The notes beneath the pieces are model-generated. The model saw only the letters and a program-made list of their open reading frames with translations. It made no database searches and was not told where the DNA came from. Shown here one piece after another: positions 61,444 through 64,000 of a DNA stretch of 64,000 nt (the first letter of the stretch is position 1; each line of letters opens with the position of its first letter). The DNA comes from an uncultured Ignavibacteriales bacterium (GTDB lineage: Bacteria > Zixibacteria > MSB-5A5 > GN15 > FEB-12). The position numbers were made by a program, and so were the translations under genes. Location: assembly GCA_964464605.1 (NCBI GenBank), contig CAYXJN010000008.1, positions 62,001-126,000 of the forward strand, in the 5' to 3' direction.

Positions 61444-62751
61444 TTAGCTCTGCTCGCTTGCTTTACGATACTTTAAGATAGAAAACCAGTCGATTTTTCG
61501 TGTCAAATACATTGTCAAGGCTAATGCTACGAAGAGGATGAGGCTCCCCATCAATAGCGCATAGTCCTGCAGTTGCAAGACGATGTACAGGTATCCATAT
61601 AGTATAGACAATACAAGTGCAATAATCGCTGATCCGAGTTTATCGGCGAGAAAACTAATCGAATACAGGGTGACAAGCGCGACTACACCTGCGCTTGCTA
61701 TCAGATAGGCTAGCCCAAAAGCGACATACTCTGAAAACGACAAAAGCAGGGTATAAAACACTAATAAAGCAAGTCCGATGAGTAAATATTGAATTGGATG
61801 CATCGGCTTACTGCTAAGAATTTCTATTACGAAAAAGGTGAGAAAGGTAAGTGAAATAAACATGATCGCGTATTTTACGGTACGCATCGTTTGCTGATAT
61901 TGATCAACCGATAACAACAGGCTCACACCGAATAGTGATTTGTCTGCTTCGTAGCGAGCACCCACCCACTTCTGAGGAAAATCACGGCTCATATGAAGCA
62001 CGCGCCAATCCGACGAAAATCCATTTTGATTCACCTCGCGCTGTGTTGGTAGATAATCTCCGGTAAAGCTCGGATTTTGCCACGTTGAAGAGAGGTGCAG
62101 CGATGTTTCTTTGCCAATAGGTGAAAAGAACAACCCAAAACTGCCGTTCAAATCCAGTTTAGTCTGGAATGAATACTCCTGCATTGCTCCGGTAAGTGCA
62201 ACCGGTACGCTTATTCCTGATGAAACGATATCTTGGCTTACGACGCCGGGGTTGGCGGCAAGCGCTTCATTATTCCAGAAAATGGTTATGGAATCCTTTA
62301 TTCCTTTCATATCGGTAATGCCGAATGATACAAAAGCATCTTTCCATACAATGTTTTCCGGTAAAACGTTCAACTCATCGAATTGTGGCGTAGTAAATGT
62401 TGCTGAAACATCTAATTTGGTATTGTAAACGACAATATCGTAAATACCTCTGTTTCTCATTTCCGGGTCAACCACTCCATTAATAGCCAGCTTTTCAGGC
62501 AGGAAATGGGCGTATTGAATACTGTTAAATACATTCTGTTGATCGATTATAGCTTGAGTCTTGACCGGGACAGTCAGGAATGGTCCGATAAGAATCTGTT
62601 TTGCCGCCCAATTTTGGCTAATTTCACCAGCGACCGCGTCCCGCCGCTCTTTTCTTTCGGTCACTAACGACTCAATCATCATTGCCGGAATGAATAAAAG
62701 AAGGCTCAAAAGCCCGACTATTATTAATCTTATGCCGACTGAGTTTCTCAT
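61444..62751 (-). CDS. creD: Inner membrane protein CreD
   Basis: RGIYD..VY, PSFTGDYLP, R.VKYAIMFI, HPIQYLLIG, LLLSFSE, ALLMGS, MYLTRKIDW. Confidence 0.92.
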   Translation of the reverse strand: MRNSVGIRLIIVGLLSLLLFIPAMMIESLVTERKERRDAVAGEISQNWAAKQILIGPFLTVPVKTQAIIDQQNVFNSIQYAHFLPEKLAINGVVDPEMRNRGIYDIVVYNTKLDVSATFTTPQFDELNVLPENIVWKDAFVSFGITDMKGIKDSITIFWNNEALAANPGVVSQDIVSSGISVPVALTGAMQEYSFQTKLDLNGSFGLFFSPIGKETSLHLSSTWQNPSFTGDYLPTQREVNQNGFSSDWRVLHMSRDFPQKWVGARYEADKSLFGVSLLLSVDQYQQTMRTVKYAIMFISLTFLTFFVIEILSSKPMHPIQYLLIGLALLVFYTLLLSFSEYVAFGLAYLIASAGVVALVTLYSISFLADKLGSAIIALVLSILYGYLYIVLQLQDYALLMGSLILFVALALTMYLTRKIDWFSILKYRKASEQS

Positions 62752-62994
62752 TACCCGACTTAAATCCTCCTATCTCCAGATGCTGGTATGAAAATATATA
62801 CCTGTTGTTTCATTTAAATTACACTTTTTTTGAATTTTTGCGATTTTAGCGGCAGGTCGACACTTTGAACCTGAGAGCATTTTGTTTACTGTCTCTGACA
62901 TACAGGTATGCATTCATCTTGACGACCGACCGAATTCATTCTACCTTTGCGTTAGGTTGACGAACCCTATGGCCGTTGATTAGCAGGGAATACG

Positions 62995-63708
62995 GTGAGC
63001 AGCAAAACATGTAAGATTCTGCTTTTTTCAATTGTGGTACTCAGCTGCCTATTACTAAGCGGGCAATCTAAGACTAAGCACACTTCAGTTTCCTATTGGC
63101 TCTGGGCCGGGATAACCGCCAACGAAGCACCCGCCAACTCGGAATTATATGTATTTCAGGGACGCCTGTATGTTGAGGAAGGGAAGACGGCGTATGAGCG
63201 ACTTGGTTTGTACCCACATCCGATAAAAAGCAGCAAACTTGTTTTAGTCTATCGACTGGAAGGGCAATTGCCCGATGCCAAAACTGTTATTGAGGTATTC
63301 AAACGCGGTGTCGCGCAGTGGCAGCGCCATCCGATTGTGATTTCAGGCATTCAGTTGGATTTCGATTCACCAACCGCAAAACTTTTAGAGTACAGCAATT
63401 TTCTGGAAGATATCAGAAGACAATTGCCGCAGAATTTCGAACTCAGCATTACCGGGTTGGGAGATTGGGCGATTGGGGGTAACAAAGATGCGCTTCGCTC
63501 AATTTCATCTTCAACAAACGAAATAGTTTTTCAACTGTATCAAGGTCGCCAACCGCTGCCGGATATAGAAACATACATCAATGCGCTGGTAGATTATCCG
63601 TTACCGTTTCGCATCGGACTGTTGAGCGGATCAACAATGCCGGTTTCTGTGAACAAATTGCAATCCAATCCCCAGTATCGCGGAGTTATTTACTTTATCC
63701 AGAAATAG
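62995..63708 (+). CDS. DUF3142-like protein
   Basis: YWLWAG, LYVFQG, GIQLDFDSPT, LSITGLGDW, QLYQGR, PFRIGL. Confidence 0.75.
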   Translation: MSSKTCKILLFSIVVLSCLLLSGQSKTKHTSVSYWLWAGITANEAPANSELYVFQGRLYVEEGKTAYERLGLYPHPIKSSKLVLVYRLEGQLPDAKTVIEVFKRGVAQWQRHPIVISGIQLDFDSPTAKLLEYSNFLEDIRRQLPQNFELSITGLGDWAIGGNKDALRSISSSTNEIVFQLYQGRQPLPDIETYINALVDYPLPFRIGLLSGSTMPVSVNKLQSNPQYRGVIYFIQK

Positions 63709-63709
63709 T

Positions 63710-64000
63710 ATGAAACTCAAAAACTGCATTTTGTTGCTTTTGCTCACTGTTATCATTTTGCATGAGGATGCTTTGAGAGCGTGTGGTGGCCATGATTACG
63801 GTCCTTTTTATAATCCTCAATCATATATAGACCCTGGCGAAAAAAGTACTCGCTTTGACTGGTCTAAATATGGACGCAGCAGAAATTTTAAGCTCTTGGT
63901 TCGCCAGTACGCAGTGTTACAAGCCAATCAAGAAGACACCATTGATATAACTGCTCGCAAAGTTAGTGAACAAAAAGAAGCTGAATCCTACGCTATGTAT
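63710..64000 (+). CDS. Secreted hypothetical protein (partial, runs off window)
   Basis: Hand translation MKLKNCILLLLLTVIILHEDALRACGGHDYGP..., open to the window end; starts 1 nt after the DUF3142 stop. Confidence 0.65.
   Translation, partial: MKLKNCILLLLLTVIILHEDALRACGGHDYGPFYNPQSYIDPGEKSTRFDWSKYGRSRNFKLLVRQYAVLQANQEDTIDITARKVSEQKEAESYAMY

Noticed and set aside
1..64000. Mobile elements, prophage, tRNA/rRNA, defence systems
   Set aside because: No transposase, integrase, phage, cas or nuclease motifs and no cloverleaf or rRNA-like sequence recognised. The WYL-like gene has no adjacent defence genes.

Overview
Gene-dense 64 kb bacterial window with no rRNA, tRNA, CRISPR array or transposase recognised. 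Dockerin-like 'GCC..GN/DxxxxGxxTxADxxxLxxYLF..P..C' domains and the gene content suggest an FCB-group diderm such as Zixibacteria (inference only). Housekeeping content: a partial ferritin with a Fur-like box, pepF, a complete classical menaquinone operon (menG-F-D-H-B-A-C-E plus a convergent cyanobacterial-type DHNA-CoA thioesterase), pntAB, two RND systems, MATE/MFS/ABC/APC transporters, a LytS/LytTR pair, creD and several secreted proteins. Two regulatory modules stand out. (1) 21.1-26.9 kb: a giant degenerate kinase-TPR-GAF-sigma54 activator, followed by an IHF-like site and a -24/-12 promoter driving a 66-aa secreted polyproline peptide and a truncated HTH-WYL regulator. Upstream lie a palindromic operator and a promoter- and hairpin-bounded C-rich structured RNA. 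This is a candidate peptide signalling circuit. (2) 31.7-32.2 kb: a secreted Cys-rich leader ORF ending in QPP whose last codons are exactly complementary to the putative RBS of the downstream czcBA-like pump. This is a candidate metal-sensing ribosome-arrest switch. All product calls come from visual motif recognition, not database searches.
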